From Chitinivibrionales bacterium (GTDB taxonomy: Bacteria; Fibrobacterota; Chitinivibrionia; Chitinivibrionales; FEN-1185): 64,000 nt of DNA. Positions 31,718 to 39,399 of this stretch are shown here, piece by piece. A model generated the notes under the pieces. It did no database searches, had not been told where the DNA came from, and worked only from the letters and a program-made list of their open reading frames with translations. Each line of letters starts with the position of its first letter. Position 1 is the stretch's first letter. The DNA lies in assembly GCA_035516255.1 (NCBI GenBank), contig DATJAL010000016.1, positions 80,629-144,628 of the forward strand, read 5' to 3'. A program made the position numbers and the translations under genes.

Positions 31718-31772
31718 CCCTAAAGACCCACAGCTTCACCATTCCATTCTTATCTCCTTTTTTTGGTTCCTA

Positions 31773-31801
31773 TTGACATTTTCGCCTTTTTGTGTTATAT
31801 T
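31773..31801 (+). promoter_or_regulatory. Sigma70-like promoter candidate (TTGACA-17-TATATT)
   Basis: Hexamers at 31773-31778 and 31796-31801 with a 17-nt spacer. Confidence 0.5.
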
Positions 31802-31802
31802 A

Positions 31803-31831
31803 CAAAGTAGTTTATAATACAAACTACTTTG
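31803..31831. promoter_or_regulatory. Putative operator: perfect 11-bp inverted repeat CAAAGTAGTTT-N7-AAACTACTTTG
   Basis: The palindrome starts 2 nt after the -10 hexamer, covering the predicted transcription start. It precedes the membrane-protein/wHTH-regulator pair. Confidence 0.55.
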
Positions 31832-31851
31832 CCATGCGGAAGGAGACGCCT

Positions 31852-32526
31852 ATGGACACCCTCTCCAGGGAACAACTGGACCAGCTTACGCAGGATATTA
31901 CTTTCGTAAGGAAGGCGATTGAAAAGAACTCATCGATACTCAACCAGATCGACTTCCGCGGATCACTCCGGCTCACCGTGCTGCTGTCGGCCCTGTCGGT
32001 ATTTTTGTTCTGCGGCCTTTTTTATTTCCTTGAAGCGCATTTCGGTGGATTCGATGCAATCCCCGTTTACCTGAAGGCGCTTGCATTCTGCGCCGCGGCG
32101 CTCGATGTCGCGATGCTGGGAATCCTTAAGAACACCGGCGTTCTGAAATCGGCACGCGCCTTCGATCCCGGCATCTCGCTGTTCCGGCTCGTGCGGGAAT
32201 ACTATGCGGGCAAGATGTATCACCACTTCATCCCGACAGGCCTTGTTCTTCTTTTCGCGTGCGTCTGCGCGTGGGAAACGGGCCATGCCAAGCTGATAAT
32301 TCCCTTTGTCTCGATCGGCGTGGGGCTGTTGTACAACACCTTCAACACGTTCCTGAGGATCGATGAATTCCTGGTTTTCGGCTATTGGTTCATCGTCACC
32401 GGCTGCATCCTGGTGGTCTTCAACACCGTTTCACCGCTTCTGGGACTTGCGCTTACGCTCGGATGCGGACTGCTGCTTCTATCATTCATATGGTATCTTC
32501 CTCAGAAAAAAGGAAGCCAGGCATGA
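31852..32526 (+). CDS. Polytopic membrane protein of unknown function
   Basis: The ATG at 31852 follows AGGAG. There are about 6 predicted TM helices. The stop overlaps the regulator start (ATGA). Confidence 0.55.
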   Translation: MDTLSREQLDQLTQDITFVRKAIEKNSSILNQIDFRGSLRLTVLLSALSVFLFCGLFYFLEAHFGGFDAIPVYLKALAFCAAALDVAMLGILKNTGVLKSARAFDPGISLFRLVREYYAGKMYHHFIPTGLVLLFACVCAWETGHAKLIIPFVSIGVGLLYNTFNTFLRIDEFLVFGYWFIVTGCILVVFNTVSPLLGLALTLGCGLLLLSFIWYLPQKKGSQA

Positions 32527-32849
32527 CGGTTGCTGGGTATGATTTCGGTTCGCTGGCGGAGGACAAGGTCATCCACGAGCGGGCACGCCTCCTGATTCTT
32601 TCGTACCTCGCCAGCTGCGAGAGGAGTTCCGTTCCGTTCGGTGAAATTCGTGAGAAACTTGACTTTACAGCAGGGAATTTGTCGGTGCAGCTCAAGACAC
32701 TCGAGGGGGCGGGATACATACGGATCACCAAGGAGTTCCGCGACAACAAGCCGCTCACCCGGGCGTCGCTCACGGCAGAGGGCAGCGCCGCGCTCAAACG
32801 CTACTTAAAGGACATGGAGAATCTGGTTAAAAGGCTGAAGACCAAATAA
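32523..32849 (+). CDS. Winged-helix transcriptional regulator (ArsR/MarR-like, HTH_34-type)
   Basis: 108 aa. IHERARLLILSYLA....VPFGEIREKLDFTAGNLSVQLKTLEGAGYIRI.KEF is typical of small wHTH repressors. Confidence 0.7.
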   Translation: MTVAGYDFGSLAEDKVIHERARLLILSYLASCERSSVPFGEIREKLDFTAGNLSVQLKTLEGAGYIRITKEFRDNKPLTRASLTAEGSAALKRYLKDMENLVKRLKTK

Positions 32850-32854
32850 AAAAT

Positions 32855-32990
32855 CACCACGAGACACAGAGGACACAGAGAAGACAAATGGTTTACAGTT
32901 GAACATGTTTTGTTCGGGCCGTTGCTTTCAACTTTCAACCTTCAACTTCCAACTCTGTAGGGGAGCGCTGTGCTCTCGGTGCCTCCGTGG
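32855..32990. repeat. Intergenic repeat, family K
   Basis: Left arm CACCACGAGACACAGAGGACACAGAGAAG. Centre CTTTCAACTTTCAACCTTCAACTTCCAAC, whose reverse complement recurs at 48202-48231. Right arm CTCTGT..GCTGTGCTCTCGGTGCCTCCGTGGTG is inverted relative to the left arm. Confidence 0.55.
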
Positions 32991-33019
32991 TGGGACACGT
33001 GAAACAGGAGGAGTATTGC

Positions 33020-33706
33020 ATGCCTATCCTTGACATCAAGAACATCCGCAAGGATTACCTCAAGGGCGACAAGAAGATCGAGGCGTTGCGGGGGGTGACG
33101 CTCGCCATTGAAAAAGGGGAATTTTTGTCGATCGTGGGCCCGTCGGGCTCGGGCAAGAGCACGCTGCTCAACATCGTAGGATGCCTCGACACGCCCACAA
33201 GCGGCAGCGTCTTATACAATGGAAAAGAACTCGGCAACTTTACGGAGAGACAGCTCTCCGACTACCGCCGCGACAACATCGCTTTTATTTTCCAGTCGTA
33301 CAATCTGATCCCGGTGCTCTCCGTGAGGGAAAATGTCGAGCTCCCGCTTGTCATAGAACGAAAATACTCCAAGGCCGAAATGGCCAGGAAAGCCATCGGC
33401 GTCATCGAAAGCGTCGGGCTCGGGGCCATGGCCGACCGTCTTCCCCGGGAGCTTTCGGGAGGCCAGGAGCAGCGCGTGGCCATCGCGCGCGCACTTGTCA
33501 AGGAGCCGCTCGTGGTGCTCGCCGACGAGCCAACGGCCAACCTCGATTCCTCCACTGCGGAAGACGTCATCTCCATCATGGAAAAAATGAACTCCGAGCG
33601 GGCGACCACATTCGTTTTTTCAACCCACGATCTCCGCATGGAGCGTCACGCCAAACGCATCGTCACCCTCCGCGACGGCGGCGTGGAAAAGGACGAACGG
33701 AGGTAA
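33020..33706 (+). CDS. ABC transporter ATP-binding protein (LolD/MacB/FtsE-like)
   Basis: Walker A GPSGSGKST, Q-loop, signature LSGGQEQRVAIARAL, Walker B VVLADEPT. The ATG at 33020 is in frame with ORF 32987. Confidence 0.9.
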   Translation: MPILDIKNIRKDYLKGDKKIEALRGVTLAIEKGEFLSIVGPSGSGKSTLLNIVGCLDTPTSGSVLYNGKELGNFTERQLSDYRRDNIAFIFQSYNLIPVLSVRENVELPLVIERKYSKAEMARKAIGVIESVGLGAMADRLPRELSGGQEQRVAIARALVKEPLVVLADEPTANLDSSTAEDVISIMEKMNSERATTFVFSTHDLRMERHAKRIVTLRDGGVEKDERR

Positions 33707-33708
33707 CC

Positions 33709-34965
33709 ATGGGCATGATCCTAAAAATCGCCTTGCGCAACATCGGCCGCCACAAGCGCCGCACCATACTGTCGGCCATCACCATCGCGGCGGGGCTCCT
33801 CGTGTTCATATACATGGACTCCGCGCTCACCGGCGTGGACAGGATGAGCATCGACAATCTCATCACCCTGTCGGCGGGCGCGCTCAAGATCGATACCCGG
33901 CGGTACGACGAGGAAAAGGAATCGTTTCCCCTCACCTACACCCTCGACAGCACCCTGGCCCGGCTGACGTTCGCGCTTTCGAAAGACAAGCGCGTTTCCC
34001 ATGTGACGCGGCGGACCCTGTTCTTGGGCCAGCTCTCAAACTATGAAGAGACCATCCCGGTGGTGGGGACCGTCATCGACCCTGCCACGGACACGCTTGT
34101 GTTCGGCCTGAGGCGCTACCTCGCGGGCTCCTTCCTCGACACCGGCAGCACGCGGTCGATTATCATGGGAAAGCAGCTTGCGCAGGACCTGGGGGTGGGC
34201 GCGGGCGACAACATCACGCTGTACGCCTTGACAAAATACGACAGCCGCAACGCCGACGTATTCAGGATCGCGGGACTCCTTTCGACGGCCGACCCGGTCA
34301 TCAACCACAGCGGCGTGTTCATGACGTACGCGGCGGCAAACGATTTTTTGGACCTTGAAAACTCAACCACGGAGCTCGACGTGGCGGTCCCCCGGAACGA
34401 AAACCTCGCCCGGTTTTCAAACACGGTCAAGGGCATCCAGCGGGACCTGCAGGCCGATTTCCCTTCCCTGCGGATCAATTCGTTTCTCGACCTCGGCGCT
34501 GGCGTCATGGAAATCACCCGCGCAAAACGGATCTCCATGTTCGTCGTGATGGGAATCATCCTCATCATCGCCGTGGTGGGCATCTTCAACACCGTGTTCA
34601 TGAGCGTGTACGAGCGGATACGGGAAATAGGCGTTCTGCGGGCGCACGGCATGAAACCGTCGGACATATCGGCGATGTTCCTCGTCGAAGGGGCCGTCAC
34701 GGGGCTGCTCGGCGGCGTTCTGGGCGTTTCCCTGGGAGCGCTTGTCAACCTGCAGCTCGTGACCCAGGGCATTCCCATGGAAAAGATCGCGGGCAGCCTC
34801 GCGACCGCGTCCTACGGGATCGCCGGGAACATCTACGGCGAGTGGAACGCGCCTGCCATGGCCGTAGTGTTCGTGCTGGGCGTCGCCGTGGCGACCATCG
34901 CGGGGATCATCCCGGCGCGGCGGGCGTCGAAGATACAGGTGACCGAGGCGCTGCGGTTCAACTAG
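33709..34965 (+). CDS. ABC transporter permease, FtsX/LolCE family
   Basis: N-terminal ALRNIGRHKRRTILSAITIAAG, a large periplasmic loop and a C-terminal FtsX 3-TM bundle (ERIREIGVLRAHGMKPSDI). The ATG at 33709 is in frame with ORF 33181. Confidence 0.85.
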   Translation: MGMILKIALRNIGRHKRRTILSAITIAAGLLVFIYMDSALTGVDRMSIDNLITLSAGALKIDTRRYDEEKESFPLTYTLDSTLARLTFALSKDKRVSHVTRRTLFLGQLSNYEETIPVVGTVIDPATDTLVFGLRRYLAGSFLDTGSTRSIIMGKQLAQDLGVGAGDNITLYALTKYDSRNADVFRIAGLLSTADPVINHSGVFMTYAAANDFLDLENSTTELDVAVPRNENLARFSNTVKGIQRDLQADFPSLRINSFLDLGAGVMEITRAKRISMFVVMGIILIIAVVGIFNTVFMSVYERIREIGVLRAHGMKPSDISAMFLVEGAVTGLLGGVLGVSLGALVNLQLVTQGIPMEKIAGSLATASYGIAGNIYGEWNAPAMAVVFVLGVAVATIAGIIPARRASKIQVTEALRFN

Positions 34966-34977
34966 AAAGAAGTCTCT

Positions 34978-35063
34978 CGCAAGGCACGCAAAGGCCGCAA
35001 AGAACATAAGATTTTTTTCCGATCCGAACTCATTTTTCCTTTGCGATCTTTGCGACTTTGCGG
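34978..35063. repeat. Intercistronic hairpin repeat (three CGCAAAG-type units per arm)
   Basis: Left arm CGCAAGGCACGCAAAGGCCGCAAAGAA (34978-35004). Right arm TTCCTTTGCGATCTTTGCGACTTTGCGG (35036-35063) is its imperfect reverse complement. Located between the two FtsX permease genes. Confidence 0.55.
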
Positions 35064-35094
35064 TGAACTTTTTATGAAAACAGCGGAGTAAAAC

Positions 35095-36333
35095 ATGTTT
35101 TCTCTTATCCGTCTCGCGATCCGCAACGTCGGCAGAAACCGGCGCCGCTCGATCCTCGCGCTTGTGTCGGTGGCGATCTCGCTCACGGTGATCGTGTTTG
35201 CCCAGGGGTTCGTGGCGGGCTTCGTGCAGTCGTTTGTGAAGAACGCCACGAAAAACGACGCCGGCCACATTCGCATCGCCGAAAGGAAGTTCGAGGAGCG
35301 CAGCAGGTTCTACCCGGTTGCCTACAACGTGCCGCGCCCCGATTCGATCATCGCCGCCGTCAAGCGCAACCCGGCGGTCGCGGGCGACATCGCCCTGATC
35401 ACGCCGCGCATCACTTTCGGCGTGCTTCTGTCGAACAACGGACTCAACAAAACGGCCCTCGCCCTCGCGGGCGATCCGGCCAAGGAAAAAGGCCTCCTCA
35501 TGTTGCAGCGGTCCATCCTGCCGGGCGGACGGTATCTGGCCGGCCCCCGCGAGCTCATCATGGGCGCCGCGATGGCCAAAAGCCTGCGTTTCCGCGTCGG
35601 CGACACCGTGCGCGTCATGGCCTCGGCGAGCGACTATGCCCTCAACCTCAGGAAATTCGTCATCGCCGGGCTGTTTTCCACCGGCATGAACGTGTTCGAC
35701 GACATGATGTTCCAAATAGGGCTGCCCGACGCGCAGGAGCTTTTGCGGACGGGCGGTGCGGTGCAGCAGATCATCGTCATGCTCAAGGACTACCGCACGG
35801 CCGACAGGGCCGCCGCCCGGATCCGCGCCGATATTTCCGATACGTCAATAAACGTCACGCCGTGGACCCGCGTGGGCGACACCTACACCACCGTCGAGCT
35901 CGTTACGCGCATCTACAACATCATCTACATCGTCATCGCGCTGCTCGGCGCGTTCATCATCAGCAACATCATGATGATGGCGGTGCTGGAGCGCCGAAAG
36001 GAAATCGGCATCCTCAAATCGATGGGGTTCAAGCGCGGCGAAGTGCTCGCGATGTTTTTAGTTGAAGGCATGACGCTCGGGTTCGCGGGGAGCCTCGCGG
36101 GAGTCGCCCTGGGATGCGCCATCACCGCCTTTTTCCACGTGCACGGCATCGACCTGACCGCGTACATGAGCAAGATAAGCGTGCCGCTTGACAATGTGCT
36201 CTATCCGAGAATCGCGGCGGCCAACGTGGCATTTTCGGTGCTGCTCGGCACCGTGCTCGCGGCGCTGGTGTCGGTGGCGCCGGCGCGCCAGGCGGCCGGG
36301 ATGAACGCGGTGGATGCGATAAAAAGTGTGTAA
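35095..36333 (+). CDS. ABC transporter permease, FtsX/LolCE family (second copy)
   Basis: AIRNVGRNRRRSILALVSVAIS at the N-terminus and ERRKEIGILKSMGFKRGEV in the FtsX domain. Same architecture as 33709..34965. Confidence 0.85.
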   Translation: MFSLIRLAIRNVGRNRRRSILALVSVAISLTVIVFAQGFVAGFVQSFVKNATKNDAGHIRIAERKFEERSRFYPVAYNVPRPDSIIAAVKRNPAVAGDIALITPRITFGVLLSNNGLNKTALALAGDPAKEKGLLMLQRSILPGGRYLAGPRELIMGAAMAKSLRFRVGDTVRVMASASDYALNLRKFVIAGLFSTGMNVFDDMMFQIGLPDAQELLRTGGAVQQIIVMLKDYRTADRAAARIRADISDTSINVTPWTRVGDTYTTVELVTRIYNIIYIVIALLGAFIISNIMMMAVLERRKEIGILKSMGFKRGEVLAMFLVEGMTLGFAGSLAGVALGCAITAFFHVHGIDLTAYMSKISVPLDNVLYPRIAAANVAFSVLLGTVLAALVSVAPARQAAGMNAVDAIKSV

Positions 36334-36384
36334 AATAAATTTTCTGGTGGGGGCACCGCTTCGCGGCGGGTGAAAAAAACGTTT

Positions 36385-36432
36385 CCTCTTCACTCCCCTT
36401 CTCCGATTCGGAGAAGGGGTTGGGAGATGAGG
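36385..36432. repeat. Hairpin repeat, family A (CCTTCTCCGATTCGGAGAAGG core with outer arms)
   Basis: CCTCTTCACTCCCCTTCTCC-GATTCG-GAGAAGGGGTTGGGAGATGAGG. Same family as 45909, 50820 and 56666 and as the flanks of the DUF559 gene. Confidence 0.7.
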
Positions 36433-36437
36433 TCAAA

Positions 36438-37349
36438 ATGGATAATGTAATAGAAACGAAAAACCTTACCAAACGATTCGGCGGCTTCACGGCGGTTGAC
36501 AATGTGTCATTGACCGTCGGCAAAGGCGAGATTTACGGCTTTCTCGGCCTCAACGGCGCCGGAAAGACCACCACCATCCGCATGCTGCTCGGCATGATAC
36601 GGCCGACAAAAGGCGAATGCCTGCTCAATGGTAAAAGGGCGTCGGGCTCAAGCAATAATTTTTGGAACAGCGTCGGATACCTGGTTGAGATTCCCTATTC
36701 CTATCCCGACCTTACCGTGCGCGAAAATCTCGAATTGCTGCGGCATCTCAGGTTTATCGGCGATAAAAAATCGGTCGACAGGGCCATGGAATTCCTCAAT
36801 ATCACACGATACGCCGAACGGCGGGCGAAAGACCTTTCCCTCGGCAATGCCCAGCGGCTCGGACTGGCAAAGGCGCTTTTTCACAATCCCGACATACTCA
36901 TTCTCGACGAACCGGCCAACGGCCTTGACCCCGCCGGCATCGTCGAAATCCGGGAGCTGCTGCTCGACCTTGTGCAAAAGCGCGGGGCCACGGTTTTCAT
37001 TTCGAGCCACATTCTCGGCGAAATTTCAAAGTTCGCCACACGCATCGGCATCATCCACGAGGGACGGTTATTACAGGAATTGACCGCGGACGACCTGGAA
37101 CGCGTGCGCAACAAGCGCCTGCTCGTCGCCGTGCACGACGACAAAGCCGCCCAGGCGGCGCTTTTACAACAGGGGATCGCCGCCAGGCTTGCCGGTGAAG
37201 GGCTGCTGGAAATCACGGCTGACCAAGCCATAACAAATCCGGACAAAATCAACGCGACCCTTGTCAAATCAGACAACGTACCGTCGATGGTAAGGGTCGA
37301 GGAAGAAGATTTGGAATCATATTTTTTGCGGATCATCGGGAAAAATTGA
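36438..37349 (+). CDS. ABC transporter ATP-binding protein (ABC-2/BcrA-like subfamily)
   Basis: Walker A GLNGAGKTTT, signature LSLGNAQRLGLAKAL, Walker B ILILDEPANGLD. ATG at 36438. Confidence 0.9.
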   Translation: MDNVIETKNLTKRFGGFTAVDNVSLTVGKGEIYGFLGLNGAGKTTTIRMLLGMIRPTKGECLLNGKRASGSSNNFWNSVGYLVEIPYSYPDLTVRENLELLRHLRFIGDKKSVDRAMEFLNITRYAERRAKDLSLGNAQRLGLAKALFHNPDILILDEPANGLDPAGIVEIRELLLDLVQKRGATVFISSHILGEISKFATRIGIIHEGRLLQELTADDLERVRNKRLLVAVHDDKAAQAALLQQGIAARLAGEGLLEITADQAITNPDKINATLVKSDNVPSMVRVEEEDLESYFLRIIGKN

Positions 37350-37357
37350 GGCGGACC

Positions 37358-38146
37358 ATGAAGGCATTCTCCGCATCGCTCTGGGCCGAATGGCTCAAGG
37401 TACGGCGCTCGAAGATGTTTGCCGGCATGCTTTCGGTGTTCGCGTTTGTCGGCATCATGATGGGTTTCATGATGTTCGCGGCGCAGCACCCTGAAATATC
37501 CGGACGCTCGCCCGCCCTGGCGGCCAAGACCTCTGCCATCGGCAAGGGCGACTGGCCCAATTTATTGGCGCTTTTGGTGCAGACAATTCTCGCCCTCGGT
37601 GCGATGGGATTCGGCATCGTCACCTCGTGGGTTTTCGGAAGGGAATTCTCCGACCGCACGCTGAAAGACCTGCTCTCCCTGCCCGTTTCGCGGCCCGCCA
37701 TTGTCGCGGCTAAGTTTTTCATCATTCTTGTTTGGAGCCTTATGCTCTCGCTCGCGCTGTTTGCAGCGGCACTCTTGACCGCTCTTGCGCTGCCCATTCC
37801 CGGATGGTCGCCGGGTCTTGTAATGCCCGCATTTAAAATATTTTGCCAAAGCGCGCTGCTCACCATCCTGCTCTGCACGCCGGTTGCTTTGATCGCGGGC
37901 ATAGGCCGGGGATACCTGCCGCCGATCGGCTTTGTCGTCCTGACGCTCATCATCACGCAGCTTGTCGGCATAGGAATGCCGGTCGTCGCCGTATATTTTC
38001 CATGGGCCTATCCCGCGCTCGTGAGCGGCGCGGCAGGAGACGCGGTCCCGAAACCGGGCGCCGCAAGCTTGGTTATCTACCTTTCCACCGTTGCGGCGGG
38101 ATATATTCTGACCGTGGCATGGTGGCAGAATGCCGATCATACGTAA
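37358..38146 (+). CDS. ABC-2 type transporter permease
   Basis: About 6 TM helices directly after the ABC-2 ATPase. The ATG at 37358 is preferred; the TTG at 37346 overlaps the upstream stop. Confidence 0.7.
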   Translation: MKAFSASLWAEWLKVRRSKMFAGMLSVFAFVGIMMGFMMFAAQHPEISGRSPALAAKTSAIGKGDWPNLLALLVQTILALGAMGFGIVTSWVFGREFSDRTLKDLLSLPVSRPAIVAAKFFIILVWSLMLSLALFAAALLTALALPIPGWSPGLVMPAFKIFCQSALLTILLCTPVALIAGIGRGYLPPIGFVVLTLIITQLVGIGMPVVAVYFPWAYPALVSGAAGDAVPKPGAASLVIYLSTVAAGYILTVAWWQNADHT

Positions 38147-38584
38147 CTCACCCCCCTGCCCCCTCTCTTAAAAAGGAGGGGGAGAAGGTTAACAATGATC
38201 AAGAGTACCGCCCGACTGCCACGAAAAAATCAGGCGCACGCAGAATCTGTTCTCCGGACCATGCTTCGCAATAGAAAATGTGGAGGGTTCAAATTCGTTA
38301 GGCAATATCCGTTCACTCTTCAGGACATGGATCGCAGCAGGTTCGTGGTGGTTGATTTCTATTGTCACGCGGGGAAACTCGCGATTGAATTGGACGGGGC
38401 CGCACACGGAGGAAGGGAGAAAATCGACAAGTATCGGGAGAATTTGCTTGCCTATAAAGGAATCCGTTTCCTCCGCTTCAAAAACGATGAGGTTTTCACG
38501 AATTTGACCCTCACGCAAACGATTCTAAACCATCTGCCACCAACTCCGCCTCTCCTCTCTTTCAAGAGAGGGGTTGGGGGTGAG
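38147..38584 (+). mobile_element. DUF559 gene cassette bounded by 9-bp perfect terminal inverted repeats and family-A-type hairpins
   Basis: The left end is CTCACCCCC (38147-38155) followed by hairpin CCCCCTC/GAGGGGG. The right end is hairpin CCTCTCT-TTCA-AGAGAGG followed by GGGGGTGAG (38576-38584). GC is visibly lower. The cassette is wedged between two genes of one cluster. Confidence 0.5.
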
Positions 38585-38614
38585 TTCAAAGGAGCATGCC
38601 ATGAAGGCATTTAA
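38195..38614 (+). CDS. DUF559 domain protein (Vsr-like PD-(D/E)xK endonuclease fold)
   Basis: ESVLRTMLRNRKCGGFKFVRQYPF...VVDFYCHAGKLAIELDGAAHG...D..R...L...GIRFLRFKNDEV matches the DUF559 pattern (compare E. coli YcjD-type proteins). The C-terminal tail is translated from the right-hand repeat. Confidence 0.85.
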   Translation: MIKSTARLPRKNQAHAESVLRTMLRNRKCGGFKFVRQYPFTLQDMDRSRFVVVDFYCHAGKLAIELDGAAHGGREKIDKYRENLLAYKGIRFLRFKNDEVFTNLTLTQTILNHLPPTPPLLSFKRGVGGEFKGACHEGI

Positions 38615-39338
38615 GCCTTATGTAGTTTTCATGATCGCCGCAATGTCAACCTATGCCGCCGCCATTACCCCGGAAGAAATCCTGGCCGCCATGGACAGAA
38701 ACCGCGACTACGGCACCATTTCCTATATCGCAACCATGGAGATCCACGTGGGCGGCGAGGTGCGCACCAAGACCATGAAGGCCGTCGCCATGGGCACCGA
38801 AAAGGCGCTCGCGGAATTCACCAACGCCGAGGACCGGGGCACCAAATACCTCAAGATCGGCAAGGAGCTTTGGATCTACTTCCCGTCGGAGCAGGACGTG
38901 GTGAAGATCTCAGGGCACATGCTCAAGGAGGGCATGATGGGGTCCGATGTTTCGTACGAGGACGCGCTCGAGTCTGACGTGCTGCGCAAGAAATATTCGG
39001 CCATCCTCAGCGGCGAGGAGGAATTCGAGGGCCACGCCTGTTACGTGCTGACGCTCGAGGCAACGGTCAAGGACGCACCGTATTACAAGCGAAAAATGTG
39101 CGTCGACAAGACCATGTATATCCCGTGGCAGGAGGAGATGTACGCCAAGAGCGGCACGCTGCTCAAGGTGTCGCACGTGCTTGACGTCAAGAAAATAGAC
39201 GACCGGCATTTCCCGGTGAAAGTCGAGATGGTGAACAAGCTCCGCAAGGACACCAAGACCGTTTTTGAGATGAGCGACGTTCGCTTCGACGTAAAGACGG
39301 ATCCGGCAATCTTTAGTTTACAGAATTTGCAGCGGTGA
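38601..39338 (+). CDS. LolA-like outer-membrane lipoprotein-sorting protein family member
   Basis: The ATG at 38601 follows AAAGGAG, with a signal peptide. ILAAMDRNRDYGTISYIATMEIH.....RTKTMKAV...EKALAEFTNAEDRGTKYLKIGKELWIYFPSEQ fits the LolA_like fold family often encoded next to FtsX permeases. Confidence 0.7.
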   Translation: MKAFKPYVVFMIAAMSTYAAAITPEEILAAMDRNRDYGTISYIATMEIHVGGEVRTKTMKAVAMGTEKALAEFTNAEDRGTKYLKIGKELWIYFPSEQDVVKISGHMLKEGMMGSDVSYEDALESDVLRKKYSAILSGEEEFEGHACYVLTLEATVKDAPYYKRKMCVDKTMYIPWQEEMYAKSGTLLKVSHVLDVKKIDDRHFPVKVEMVNKLRKDTKTVFEMSDVRFDVKTDPAIFSLQNLQR

Positions 39339-39399
39339 TTATCATGACAAATGAATGGATGATGAATTGACCGCCGTGCGCATAAAAGCGGGAGGGGTG

